A stretch of DNA of 64,000 nucleotides, from positions 1,178,001-1,242,000 of the forward strand of contig OY253673.1 of assembly GCA_958009085.1 (NCBI GenBank), in the 5' to 3' direction. Source of the stretch: Protoeuglena noctilucae (Eukaryota). Shown here piece by piece: positions 11,729 to 26,388 of this stretch. A program made the translations under genes and the position numbers. The notes under the pieces were generated by a model, which ran no database searches, was not told where the DNA came from, and saw nothing but the letters and a program-made list of their open reading frames with translations. The number at the start of each line of letters is the position of its first letter. Position 1 is the stretch's first letter.

Positions 11729-13935
11729 ATGGCGGGCAAGCGCGCACAGCGCGGGGAGGCATCGAGTTCCGCCCGTGAGGATACGAAACCGCGCAAGAGA
11801 GCCGCCAGGTCAACGCGTGCGTCATACACGCACACGAGCACCGCTGAGCCGGCGCACCGGGCGAACGCCAAGGTTGTCCCCAAGCGGCCCGACCCTTACA
11901 AGCTGGTGAGCGCCTTTCCTCTGCGCCCAGAGGCACCATGGGCGTGCTGGTCGAGCTGTGATCCGCTCAACTCGCGCGTCGGGGCGCAGGTGAAGAAGAA
12001 TGTGTACGGAGTTTGCGAGTCGCTCCCCGCCCCAAAGAAGCTGCCCAAGGAAGAGGTCGACACGTGCGAGTGCACGAGGCCCGAGGAGGAGGTGGGCCCG
12101 GATGGCCCGCAGGGCTGCGGGCCGGACTGCATAAACAGGTGCGGCAGCGAGCGTGGGCCGGCAGGGATTGCACGTGGGGTATGGGCTGGTGCACGGGTCC
12201 ACTTGCTTACCAACCACCCGGCTCACTGGTCACTGCAGGGAAACCAACATCATTTGCGACCCGCGGACGTGCCCCTGCGGTCCGCACTGCAGCAACGGCC
12301 CCTTCCAGACTCGGCGATTGCCCAAGGCGCGTTGCTGCGTCTGCTAACAGCTGCATTTTTTGAGGATGGGAGCAGATGCCGGAGTGGGTGCCTAGCGGCA
12401 GTGGGAACACGTCCATGTCTCGCTGCCACGACCACGGCGTCGATGGGCTATGCCCCGATGCGCCTGTGTGCTACGACTGCTGGTGTTATGCTACTAAGGC
12501 GCCGTCCCCTCCCATGCCCCGCAGATGGAGCTGTTCTACACGGGAGCTCGCGGATGGGGCGGTCGGGCTTGCGAGGACATCCCGAAGGGCACGTATGTGG
12601 GAGAGTACTGTGGGGAGATCGTGACGCCGGAGGTGAGGGAGAGGTGGTCTACCGCAAAGGCGACGGTTACAATCGCCTGGCTTGCGCCGGCTGGGGCCCA
12701 TGCGCACCGTGGCTGCCACGGGTGAGCTGCGAGGCCTGCCCGTGGTCCCAGGAGTGTGCGCGGCGCATGGCTAAGGCGAAGGAGGAGGGCGACCCTCGGT
12801 TCTACATGATGCAGCTTCATTCACGGGCCATCATCGATGCTAAGGCGAGAATCGGGGACCACGCTGGGCCTCGTGCGTGCGCAGGCCGCGTGTTGCCTAG
12901 CGTGGGCATCTCGTCTCGTGTGCCGCAGCACAAGGGCGGGTGGGTGCGCTTCCTGAACAGCTGCTGCGAGCCCAACTGCAAGGCGGAGACGTGGACGGAC
13001 AGCAGCACGGGCGAGAAGAGGGTGGGCCTGTTCACGATCAAGTGAGTCAATGGTCTGGGGGGTAAGGGTCGGTGACAGCAACGGCCGCGGTCGTTGGGAG
13101 CTTCAGCTGGCCCTCATCTGCCACCAAGCGCTGAACAGGGACTGAAACGCGACGTCGCAAGCCCCTTGATGCAGGCCCGTCAAGGCTGGGCAGGAGCTGC
13201 ACTACGACTACATGCTGGAGCACCAGGGCTCGATGATCGCGGCCCAGGTGGGGAGCGCCGCTCAGCCTGACGGCGAGATCTCGTAGCGTCGCGTGCTGCA
13301 CACGCTTCCCATCTCGGTCTTGGCGGGGTGTGACCGAGGGCCACCCCCGCATCCGTGCAGCGGTATCGTTGCCTGTGTGGCGCCAAGTCCTGCCGGGGCT
13401 TGATGGACCCCAAGGCGGAGCGACTGAAGAACGCGGGGCGGCGCATCGAGATCGAGTGGGACGACGGGCGCTACTACCGCGGGACGGTCGTGCAGGTGCG
13501 GTGCTGTGGGGACGGGCGCGTCTGCCGACTAAAAGGGTGGACTGAAAGGGTGGCGGGCACCTCGTCTGTGTTTTCGACTGCCTGACTCCGTCGCCGTCGC
13601 AGTACAACTCCCGGAAGGACGAGTACCGCGTGCAGTACGACGACGGGGACTACGAGGACGTGGCGCTGAAGACCATCGCGCACCGATGGCTGAAGAGCGA
13701 CGCGCCAGAGTGCCCCTCGCCTCCGAAAGCGGTGAGCGGGGCGGGCCGGCGCGGGTGCGCTGCGGGCGCGGCAGGGGCTGCGCTTTGTGCGCCAGTTAGG
13801 AGTGCTTGTCACACTCTGTGTGGTTCGCAGGGCGACGTGGCGGCGCTCTCCAAGTGGGAAGCCGAGTGCCGCTTGTACTTGGACCCCCGGGGCGAGGACT
13901 CCGGCGAAGACTCGGGCGATGAGGGGAATGAGTGA
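11729..13935 (+). CDS. AWS-SET-postSET histone lysine methyltransferase (ASHH/SET2-like) with C-terminal Tudor-like domain
   Basis: AWS: CECT..CGPDCINR..CDPRTCPCGPHCSN. SET: RGWG, GEYCGE, RFLNSCCEPNC, GQELHYDY. Post-SET: CLCGAKSCRG. Tudor-like: GRRIEIEWDDGRYYRGTV..YRVQYDDGDYEDV. Confidence 0.9.
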
Positions 13936-14164
13936 AGTGCATGGATCGAGACACGTGGTCTGGCAGCCCAGCCCAGCTGCCTGGCAGTGGCAAGCCCTAG
14001 CTCCTGGCGCATTGCGGCCTTCATTGATTTGATGCGCGAACGCCTTTGCTGTTATGCCTCGTTGGAGTTTCCCTTTGGCTCCGTAGCTATTGGCAGAAGA
14101 CTGGTTCAAAGATTTCCACACGGTCGTGAGGGGGAGCTCGCCTGCTGCGCGGGCTAGTAGCACC

Positions 14165-15992
14165 ATGCTGTCCCTGGGGGCCCCAGCGACCGAAGCGGGC
14201 TGTTTGCCTCAATCGCGTCTCTGCCGCGTCCACTCGCCCACACGCGCACCGGCCCTGCGCCGCGCTGCCCTGCCGGGCGATGGAGGCTCCGGAGGGGATG
14301 CCGAGCCGATCGTCGTCGCGATGGGCCGCAGGGCGGCATGCCTGGCTTTAACCGCGTGCATGGCGTGCGGATCTGTCGTCGGACCTGCCTCTGCGGTTCT
14401 GAACTCGCCGGTGGCGACGCAGGCGCGATCGGCAGACGCAGCGCTGCGCAGGAGCATCCCCGCCTTCAATGAGTCGGTCAAGGAGGTGCAGAGCAAACTC
14501 GAAAACGTCGCTACCTTGCTTCGCATTCCGCAACGGAAGCCCTGGTGAGATTGCATGCCCACTCTACTCTCACCAACACTTCTTTGCTTCTCCTTGCGCG
14601 ATTGAGCGACTTCATGCGCCCTCATCCCTCCTCCGCAGGGCATCGATGACAACCAGCGTGGCATCTGCCAAGGTGGGTCCCCGTCCGCTGTGCTGATGCC
14701 GCCGCTGCGTGCGACCTTGGGCCACCAATAAGCGCGTTGGCTACCTCGCAGAGCATCGTCAGCCGCGCGGACGAGGTTTTGGAGGGCGTCCCGCCGAGTA
14801 TGCGGGCCGAGGGCGAGACGCTTCGCAAGGACCTGGAGGAGTCGCTGGGGCGATTGCTAGCTGTCATCGAACAGCACGATCCCTCCAGGTGAGTCCTGAG
14901 CAAGCCCGCCCGTGCTCCTGAGGACCTCCTGAGGGTTTGTCCTGAGGGACATCCTGAGGGGAGGATCTGCACGTGCTTCACAACCAGCCAATCCTCTCAC
15001 CGGGCGCAGGGTGTCACTCTGGACGGCAGAGTGCCTCCGCCTCACGTCCGACTTGGAGCTGCTGCAGGCGCCGGGGCTGCCCTTCGCTGTCCCGACTGAG
15101 TACAAGAGTCGGCCGCTCCTGACGGGCCGCGCCCTGGTCGAGCTGACCGTGCGCCGCGCTCCTGGGGCGGAACCCTTTGTCGTGGACAACGTGAGCGGGG
15201 GGCGGGACGAGGCGACCGTCACCATCACGGGTGAGGAGGGCACCTGGCTATGCTCGCTGCGGCGCGACTCGGTGACGCACGCGAAGAGGAGAGGCCTGGG
15301 ACAGCACGTTCTGTGCCGCAGTGGACGGCTTCTCTGCGCCGGTCTCCGCGGGGGCCTTCGTGGACGCGGCTGCGTCAGGGCGCTACACGAACCAGAAAAT
15401 CAACGCGGCCTCGCCCAATCTCTTCATCGGAGACGGGAGCGGGCCCACCGTGCCGCTCGAGGTGAGGGTGGGCGACAGCGGGGACGCCGTTGCGCGCGCC
15501 AAGTAGCACCATCCATGGCACACGCCCAACGCCATGGACCTCCGCAGATCCTGCCCCAAGGCTCTTTCGAGCCCATGTATCGCTTGCCCCTCGAGGTGGG
15601 CAGTGGCGAGACGCCCGTGCTGCCCCTGTCCATCTACGGGTCGGTGGCCCTCGCCCGTCCCGCGGGCTCGTCCGACATCTCGAGCGTCTCCTCGGGGTCC
15701 TTCTTCATCTACCTCTTCGACCCGCAGCAGGCGGGCCTGGCGGGCCTGTCGTTCGACGAGGGTCTGTACGGGACGCTTGGCTACGTGACCGACGGGCAGG
15801 AGGTCCTCAGGCAAGGCGCAAGGGCGGTTGCGGAAGCTGGGGACGCCTCCGTGGCGTGCACAGCACAGGGAGCTGACGGCGCTGTGCCGGCCACGCCCCC
15901 GCAGGCAGATCCGGGAGGGCGACACGATCACGGCCGTGAAGGTGGTGCAGGGGCTCGACCGACTCGTCAATCGCAGCGGGGCCAGCGCATAG
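14165..15992 (+). CDS. CYP37: Thylakoid-lumen cyclophilin-type PPIase CYP37-like
   Basis: Bipartite transit peptide followed by VLNSP..ALRRSIPA..LLRIPQRKPW, LELLQAPGLPF, LTGRA, DGFSAPVSAGAF, LPLSIYGSVA and GLSFDEG..GYVTDG. TAG at 15990-15992. Confidence 0.85.
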
Positions 15993-16069
15993 GGACATAG
16001 GCCCACTCGTTTTCGGGCGCTGGGGCTGTCGAGGCCGCTTGCCAAGCGCAAGCGCCCAGCACAGATAAT

Positions 16070-16106
16070 CCGACTTCCGGCCACGTGTGGTGTTCAATAA
16101 CACCGG
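16070..16106 (-). terminator. Histone mRNA 3' stem-loop plus downstream element (H2A)
   Basis: The minus strand reads CC-GGTGTT-ATTG-AACACC (stem-loop 16104-16089), then ACACGTGG, then CCGGAAGTCGG (16080-16070). It lies about 65 nt after the H2A stop. Confidence 0.85.
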
Positions 16107-16170
16107 AGTGAGGTGCCCCAAGGGGCGGATGACTCGCGCGTACACCGCGCGGCCACAGGAGAAAGCCAGC

Positions 16171-16572
16171 TTACTGGCTCTCCTTCTTGGGCGTCTTGCC
16201 GCCCGTCGCGCCCGTCGTCTTGGGCAGCAGCACCGAGTGGATGTTGGGGAGCACGCCGCCGGCCGCGATCGTCACGCCCGCGAGCAGCTTGGACAGCTCC
16301 TCGTCGTTGCGGACGGCCAGCTGGATGTGCCGGGGGATGATGCGCGCCTTCTTGTTGTCGCGCGCCGCGTTGCCCGCCAGCTCCAGGACCTCCGCGCACA
16401 GGTACTCCAGGACCGCCGCGAGGTACACGGGGGCGCCGGCGCCCACGCGCGTCGCGTACTTGCCCTTCTTCAGGAACCTCGCGATACGCCCGACGGGGAA
16501 CTGCAGCCCCGCCTTGGACGACCGCGTCTGGGCCTTCTTGCCCGACGCCTTGCCGCGACCCTTGCCAGACAT
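16171..16572 (-). CDS. H2A: Histone H2A, intronless
   Basis: [42 protein letters not shown]-terminal tail KTPKKESQ. Confidence 0.98.
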   Translation of the reverse strand: MSGKGRGKASGKKAQTRSSKAGLQFPVGRIARFLKKGKYATRVGAGAPVYLAAVLEYLCAEVLELAGNAARDNKKARIIPRHIQLAVRNDEELSKLLAGVTIAAGGVLPNIHSVLLPKTTGATGGKTPKKESQ

Positions 16573-16939
16573 GGTTGGAGAGCGTACCGATCGATGGGGG
16601 ACCGATGGGGGTTATGCCGAGAGGCGGCCTGGCCGGCCCTCTAGAGGCCGTGCAGGTGGGGACGCACCCTGGCCGGGGGAGGACCTCGGAAAGATGGGCG
16701 GGCGTTTTACACCCCCTGGCGACGTCGTAATGCCCACCGGCTGGCATATCCTGTGCTTTTGTCGCAAAATTAATGCTCGGGAATCACTCCGGCGGCTTCT
16801 CGCCCCCGCATCGCGCCGGTCGGTCCCGAGGGTAAGGTACCCGCGCGGCCCCTGGGAACTGCTCATCTGGCCCGGCCCGACCCCGGCTGATCAGTAGTCC
16901 CGCACGGTTCCTCCGTCGCTTACCGCCTGCTTCCCAACC
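16573..16939. promoter_or_regulatory. Bidirectional H2A/H2B promoter region
   Basis: 367 bp between divergent histone ATGs, the typical H2A-H2B pair arrangement, with a central AT-rich patch (AAAATTAAT near 16766). Confidence 0.6.
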
Positions 16940-17296
16940 ATGCCGCCCAAGGCCGAGAAGACGCCCGCCAAGAAGACGACCAAGAAGGTCGACGCCAAGA
17001 AGGGCCGCAAGAAGTCCAAGGCTGAGACCTACAAGATCTACATCTACAAGGTGCTCAAGCAGGTGCACCCCGACACGGGCATCTCGTCGAAGGCAATGTC
17101 GATCATGAACTCGTTCATCAACGACATCTTCGACCGCATCGCCACCGAGTCGTCCCGCCTCGCGCGCTACAACAAGAAGCCCACCATCACGTCGCGCGAG
17201 ATCCAGACGGCCGTGCGCCTCATCCTGCCCGGCGAGCTGGCCAAGCACGCCGTGTCGGAGGGCACCAAGGCCGTGACCAAGTTCACGTCCTCGTAA
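16940..17296 (+). CDS. H2B: Histone H2B, intronless
   Basis: [51 protein letters not shown]. Confidence 0.98.
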   Translation: MPPKAEKTPAKKTTKKVDAKKGRKKSKAETYKIYIYKVLKQVHPDTGISSKAMSIMNSFINDIFDRIATESSRLARYNKKPTITSREIQTAVRLILPGELAKHAVSEGTKAVTKFTSS

Positions 17297-17342
17297 GCGC
17301 CGCGGCCTCGTCCGCGCGGGCCCCCGGGCCCACCTTTCCCAA

Positions 17343-17381
17343 CCGGTGTTATTAAACACCACATCTCGACCCGGAAGTCGG
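17343..17381 (+). terminator. Histone mRNA 3' stem-loop plus downstream element (H2B)
   Basis: CC-GGTGTT-ATTA-AACACC (stem-loop 17345-17360), then ACATCTCGAC, then CCGGAAGTCGG (17371-17381). Confidence 0.85.
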
Positions 17382-18150
17382 TCTTAGAGCCTCGGGCAGC
17401 GGCGGGCGGGGCAGGGTGTCGCGCGAAATTCAAATGCCCAGGCAGCTGCGCGGCGGGCCCCTGCGCGCGGCAGAGCTGGCTTGCGGCTCGCGGTCTCCTC
17501 CCACGCGCTGTCGGGACGCTGCCGGGCGCATGGCGCGGCCGCAGACGCGCGCTTGTTGTCACCCCGCCTGGGCACGGCAATGCAGGCGCCGCCTCTTGCG
17601 CCCCTCACCATCCACGCCTCCCGCTACGTTCGCCGGCGCTGCATACGCCCACCATCGCTGCTCTGGTGCTCCTGGCCCAGTGGCCGCTGGCTGCGAAAGG
17701 GTAGGGTTTGTAGCCCCTGGCCCTAGCGCTTATTGTCATGGCATCCGCATGACAACTCCGAAAGGGACAGCGCACGACTCTCCCTGCAGCGGCGCGCGCA
17801 GAGCTCAGGGCCCAGGGTCAGCTTCCTCCCAACAAAAAGTGGGAGGGGCGCGCGGCGAGGGAAACGGACGGGTGCTTGGCGATGTCCGCGACAGAGGTGA
17901 CACGCGTTGAGGCTGCGGGCCGCCTTCGCAGCGCACCTTTGCAGCCCTCGCCACCCCACTCCCCGGTGCTGCCGGCACATGCGATACCGACCCGGCGCGC
18001 ACCGTCTGACAACTCTGTTCGATGACTCCAACGCGAACGCCTTGCGGACGGCGCCATCGGGCTGGAATCGCCGACGGGCCTCCATCGAGGCATGCCCGTG
18101 GGTCCCCGCAGGGCTTGCGCGATGCGCGACCGGGGACGACGGGCGACGGG

Positions 18151-19548
<1,398 letters not shown>

Positions 19549-19643
19549 ACCCGAGTGTCTGGGGTGCGGGTACACGCGACAACGTCACCCTTCACTGCGG
19601 AGCGCGCGCGGTAGCACTGTCCGCGCCTGGGCTGGGCTCGCTA

Positions 19644-21848
<2,205 letters not shown>

Positions 21849-22083
21849 ACCCCCGTGTCAAAGGATGCTATCGCAATCGATGTTTTCCCTGGTCCCGCCC
21901 CATCCGACAAGACCTTGCGCGCGCCCGCCCCTCGCGATCGGAAGTCAAGTGATTGGTGGCTGCAGGATCGCTCGCGACCCTAAGGGAGCACCTCCCACGG
22001 CAGACAGACCCGTCAGAAGTGTGCGCGCCGTGCTGGGTCCAGAGGCGGCCGATGGCTGTTGATGGCCGTCACAGGTTCAACGT

Positions 22084-23141
22084 TCACATGTTCTTAACCT
22101 TCCCGGGCAGCTCCTGGATGGCCTCCACGAGGCTCTTCTTGCCAAAGTAGTCCTCCAGCAGGGCGCACTTCACAGCGAACGCCAGGGGGAGGACCAGGAA
22201 GGGCATGTAGATGAGGTTGAGCTGGAAGAGCTGGCTGAAGGAGCGGATGTTGGACCGGCAAGTCGGGTCGTACGGCGACGCGTTGAGGTGGGCCAGGATG
22301 CCGACCAGGGTCGTGGCGACATGCACGCCGTAGATGATGCCCGGGATCCGGATGGACTTCTTCTTGGACCAGAGGGCGTAGGCGAAGAAGAAGAAGGACG
22401 GGAACTGCAGGAGGATCTCGCACCTGCAGCGCGGCAGGGCAGGGCCGCGAGTCGATTGACATCTGGGCGCGGCTCATGGGGTTCCAGGCCTTCTCCGGGA
22501 GCAACCCGAGACGCGGGCGACTCACGAGATGAAGCTCCAGGCCCAGACAGGGATCGCGCCGGTCGAACCGCCCATGATGGGGTCGCAGGTGCCCCTCAAG
22601 TAGTCCGCCACCATCCCCCGGAGTCCTGCGGGCGGTTTCTCACACCATGTAGTCACATAAAGCATACCCCGACACATCAGCAAGCATAGGCGAGCCATGG
22701 CCTCACCCGCGGGGTAGAGGTGGCCCGGAAGGACGCCCTGAGAGTCGAACATGATGGTGATGGGGATGTGGATCACGAAGTACAGGAACTGCGGGTGCGG
22801 GGAGCATTCCAGTGACCGCATGCAAGCGGAGAAGGCTGGGTCGTCGCGTCACACGGCGAGATCGCGTCACAGACACCACAAATGTGGCGTGGGCGGCCCT
22901 CACCAGGACGAAGTCGAACGGCCGCCGGAGGAGGTCCTGCAAGCCACCCGCATCCTTCTGAGGTCATAGAGGAGAAAGAACGCGCAATGACGCTCTGATG
23001 CTTCGCGATCACGCGCGGCACGGGCCATGCAATCCTGTGGGCTGCGCAGGCCCAGCAGCTCCCCGATGCGTCCGCGATCCGCCGATCGGCGCTGGCATCG
23101 CTGTGCTGACTGACCTTCCACGTCGGAGTCGTCGGGGCCAT
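22084..23141 (-). CDS. TMEM97: EXPERA-domain membrane protein (TMEM97/sigma-2-like)
   Basis: LLRRPFDFV, YFVIHIPITIMFDSQ, DPIMG..PVW..SF, CEILLQFP, IYGVHVATTL and IYMPFLVLP. The first exon MAPTTPTWK|GTCAGT is inferred. Confidence 0.8.
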
Positions 23142-23332
23142 GGTTACTTCTGTGCTTGTTTCAGGGGCTCGGAGAGTGGGAATCAGCCAACAACTTCGTT
23201 GCAAGCTGACGTGAGGATCCCTGGCTGATGACGTCGTCGAACTTTCGAACGGCATCGTCGGTTGCTGCAGGAACCGCGTCCCTGTGGTTTGCTGGCGGCG
23301 CACAACGCCAGCAGCGGCCGTGTGAACGGTGA

Positions 23333-24949
23333 ATGCGCTTCCTTCATTCCCCCAGAGAGCGCTGGGAAGCGCGATCGGTCTCTTTATCGATGTTGGTCCC
23401 GCTCCTCGCCGGTTCCCCCCTCCTCGGGACCCGAGGGTCCCTTACGCAGGCACACTTTCACGTTTCGCGTCCACGCGTTCACGCGATGGGCGGGCCCGGG
23501 CAGGAGGATGCCACAGAGCGTCCGGGGCAGTGGAAGTGGCCGGTCAGGTTCCAAGTGTGGGACGAGCTCGAGCGGGGCGACGCGGCGGAGCCCAGACCCG
23601 TCTTGCACCGCATCCCCAACCACAAGGGTGCCGCCCAGGCCGCGCAGCGCCTCGCGTCTCTCCCGGAGTTCGCTGCCGCCAAGTGTGTCAAGGGTGAGGG
23701 TATTGCACACTGCCATGAGACGCGTTGCCAGCGGCGCAACAACACACTCCCGCCGTGACCCTTGGCATCGCAGTCAATCCGGACACTCCTCAGAAGCCCG
23801 TCCGCCTGGCCGTGCTCGTGGCGGGCAAGACGCTCCTGACTCCGCAGCCGCGGCTGCGCACGGGCTTCTTCTCGCAAATACGCGCCGACTCCCTCCCTGA
23901 CACGTCCCGCGCGACGCTGCTCGAGGCGTGCACCTCCCAGGGCGTCGCCCAGTACGGCGCTCCCGTGTCACTCTACGACAAGATCCGCGTGGACCTGTTG
24001 GTCGTGGGATCTGTGGCCGGTGCGTGAGGCATTAAACCACCACAGCGGCCGCTGCAAGCCGCACTCGCTGGCGAGCACAGTGGCCGCTCTCGCTTCGCAG
24101 TCACGCCGTCCGGGAGCCGTATCGGGAAGGGCGAGGGCTTTGCAGAGCTGGAGTTTGGAGTGCTACGCGTGAGGCGCATGCTGTGCTATGCTGCGTGGTG
24201 AGATGCGAGGGGCCGTGTGTGTCGTGACCCTCCGTGGCGCAGCGAGGGTCGTGTGACGTGCCCGCAGTGGATGGGCGCGGTGGACGACTCGACACCCATC
24301 GTCACCACCGTGCACGACTGCCAAGTGGTCGAAGAGAGTCTGTTCCAGGATATGATGCCATGGGACGGTGAGCCATGTCTTCAAGAAACGACTTTGATCT
24401 CCACACGAGCAGCTGCGAGTGCCGGGCACGCTCCTTCCGTATGCCTGGCGCCGCCGTTGACGGCCCTGCAATGTCCCCCCCGCAGTGCCCGTCGACATCA
24501 TCGTGACTCCCACGCGCGTCATTCACACGGGGGCCAGGGAGCGCAAGGGCCGCCCGCCTGGCATCCTGTGGGAGCTCCTATCGCCGCAGAAACTTGAGGC
24601 CATTCGCGTGCTGCAGGAGCTCAAGCAACGCATCGAGCAGGAGACGGGGGAGCCGCTGCCAACAGGTGGGCGCTTCGCTTCGTAGCCTGTGCGACGTTTT
24701 CAGGCTCGCGGGGGTGCCGTGCACTGGCGTGGCATGGGCGGACGGGTGCGCAAACCACAGCGTACGGCTGGCGCAGGGCCCGACGAGGTCTTGCCCCCCG
24801 TGGCGGCGCGCAAGGGCCGCGGTGGGCGCGGGGGCGGCAACCGGGGGCGGGGCGGGAGGGGGCGGGGCAGGGCACGAGGCCACGGGCGGGGGGCGGCGGG
24901 GTCGGAGAGGAGAGCAGATCGGCAAGACGGCGCCCTTGGCAACTCATGA
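23333..24949 (+). CDS. 5-formyltetrahydrofolate cyclo-ligase paralog (COG0212/MTHFSD-like) with RGG tail
   Basis: [68 protein letters not shown] and GILWELLS. Start is 23333 or 23486. Confidence 0.88.
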
Positions 24950-24972
24950 GCCCTGGTTCAAGCCCATATCCA

Positions 24973-25958
24973 TCAGGCGTTCTTCTTAGACGCTTTGAGC
25001 GGGTTAACCATCCGCGCCGCCATCTCCTTCCGCCGCCGCTCTTCCTCGATGTTAGGGTCTGCGTAGAAAGCTCAAGAGGTCAGTTTTCTGGATGTTATGC
25101 GAGTCAGCTGAATGAACGAGCATCCGCCGAACCAGCAGTGCGCCTGAGCCCCACCGTTGTCTTGGGGGCTCCCCGACTCAACCACCTCAATCTCCGGATC
25201 GTCCCGCACCTCCTTCGACACCCACACCCGCGGGAAGCCTGCAGGCGTTGGCGCACACCACTCTGTTGACACTGCCATCCCTGCCCCGACCCGCGCCACC
25301 CTGGCCCCTCTCTCCCAGCCACGGCAGCGTCACCTGGCTTTCCCCAATCCTCCAGCCGGAGCCCAGCCTTCTGTAGGTACCCCCGAATCGCGGCCATGTT
25401 GCTGTCCTCGCGAAACGCCTTGAGCAAAGCCGGCGTCTCGATCTTGTCCGTCTTGTACTGCAGCCGCTCCCCATGTTCGTACTCCACCGTCACGGTGCTC
25501 TCCCTGCGATGAGGTCCATCAATCGGGCAGTTGTTGGGAGCGGCCGGGCCAGCAGGCATGCACTGCACGTGCGTGCCAGGCTCGCGCCCACCCACCCGCG
25601 GTCCTCCCGGATGACTTCCTCGAGGCTTACGTCCGGAAACCGCGACCGCACTTTCGGCCCCTTCAGCATCGCCAGGAAATCGCGAGCCGACCGAGAGCTG
25701 GGCTGGATGGGGTCGAACATGACCGTGACCTGCACACAGGGACTCGAATCGCGCCTGATGCTTGTAATGTGCACACTGCGTCACGATATTAGGTGCATAG
25801 AATGCACACATGCGACTGCTGGAGCGCGATGGCGGCGCGGGACGCCGATGCAGGGCTCGGTGCGCGGCACGTACCCGCTTCACCATTTCCAAGTCCACCG
25901 CCGTCTTCACGACACCCGGGGCGATCTTCCGCAACCTCGACCGCAGCATGGACCCCAT
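24973..25958 (-). CDS. MRPL53: Mitochondrial ribosomal protein mL53-like with C-terminal extension
   Basis: VKRVTVMFDP...SARDFLAMLKGPKVRSRFPD..VTVEY fits the thioredoxin-like mL53/mL44 pattern. The last exon DPNIEEE..KKNA ends at TGA 24973. Confidence 0.6.
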
Positions 25959-26388
25959 GGCGGCCCGGGAGCTGCGCTGTAGGGCCGCCTCCGGCTGTTT
26001 TCTCTCGCCCCTAGCAGTGTGCGTGCTGCCCACAGTCCCGTCGCTCCAATCCACGCACAGCACCGAGAGAGATAGGCAAGGAAGAGGGACCCAGCCGCGG
26101 ATGGGCGAACAGAGACGTTCCGCTTGGCCTCTGATGGTGTCGGCTTCGTGGTCTTGAGGAGCCTTGCGCGAGGGACTCGAGCCAAAGGCACTGCGCCTCT
26201 CAATCGCAGGGTGTGAATGACGAGTGCCGTTCCTGCATGCATAACTGTCCGGTGGAAGCAGGCATTTCACCGGCACCGGCATCCGTCAGTGTGGCGGCCC
26301 CCGGCGTGGACGAGACGAAGCAATTCAGCACCTCTTGCCTGTGCAGACGCGTAAGGAGAAGATTTAAGATCAGGGCGTCTCCCCAGCG

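Noticed and set aside
16165..16176. H2A stop overlaps a perfect donor (CA|GTAAGC) that might splice to give an SQE-hydrophobic H2A.X tail
   Set aside because: No downstream acceptor within about 330 nt yields such a tail, and splicing would remove the conserved stem-loop.
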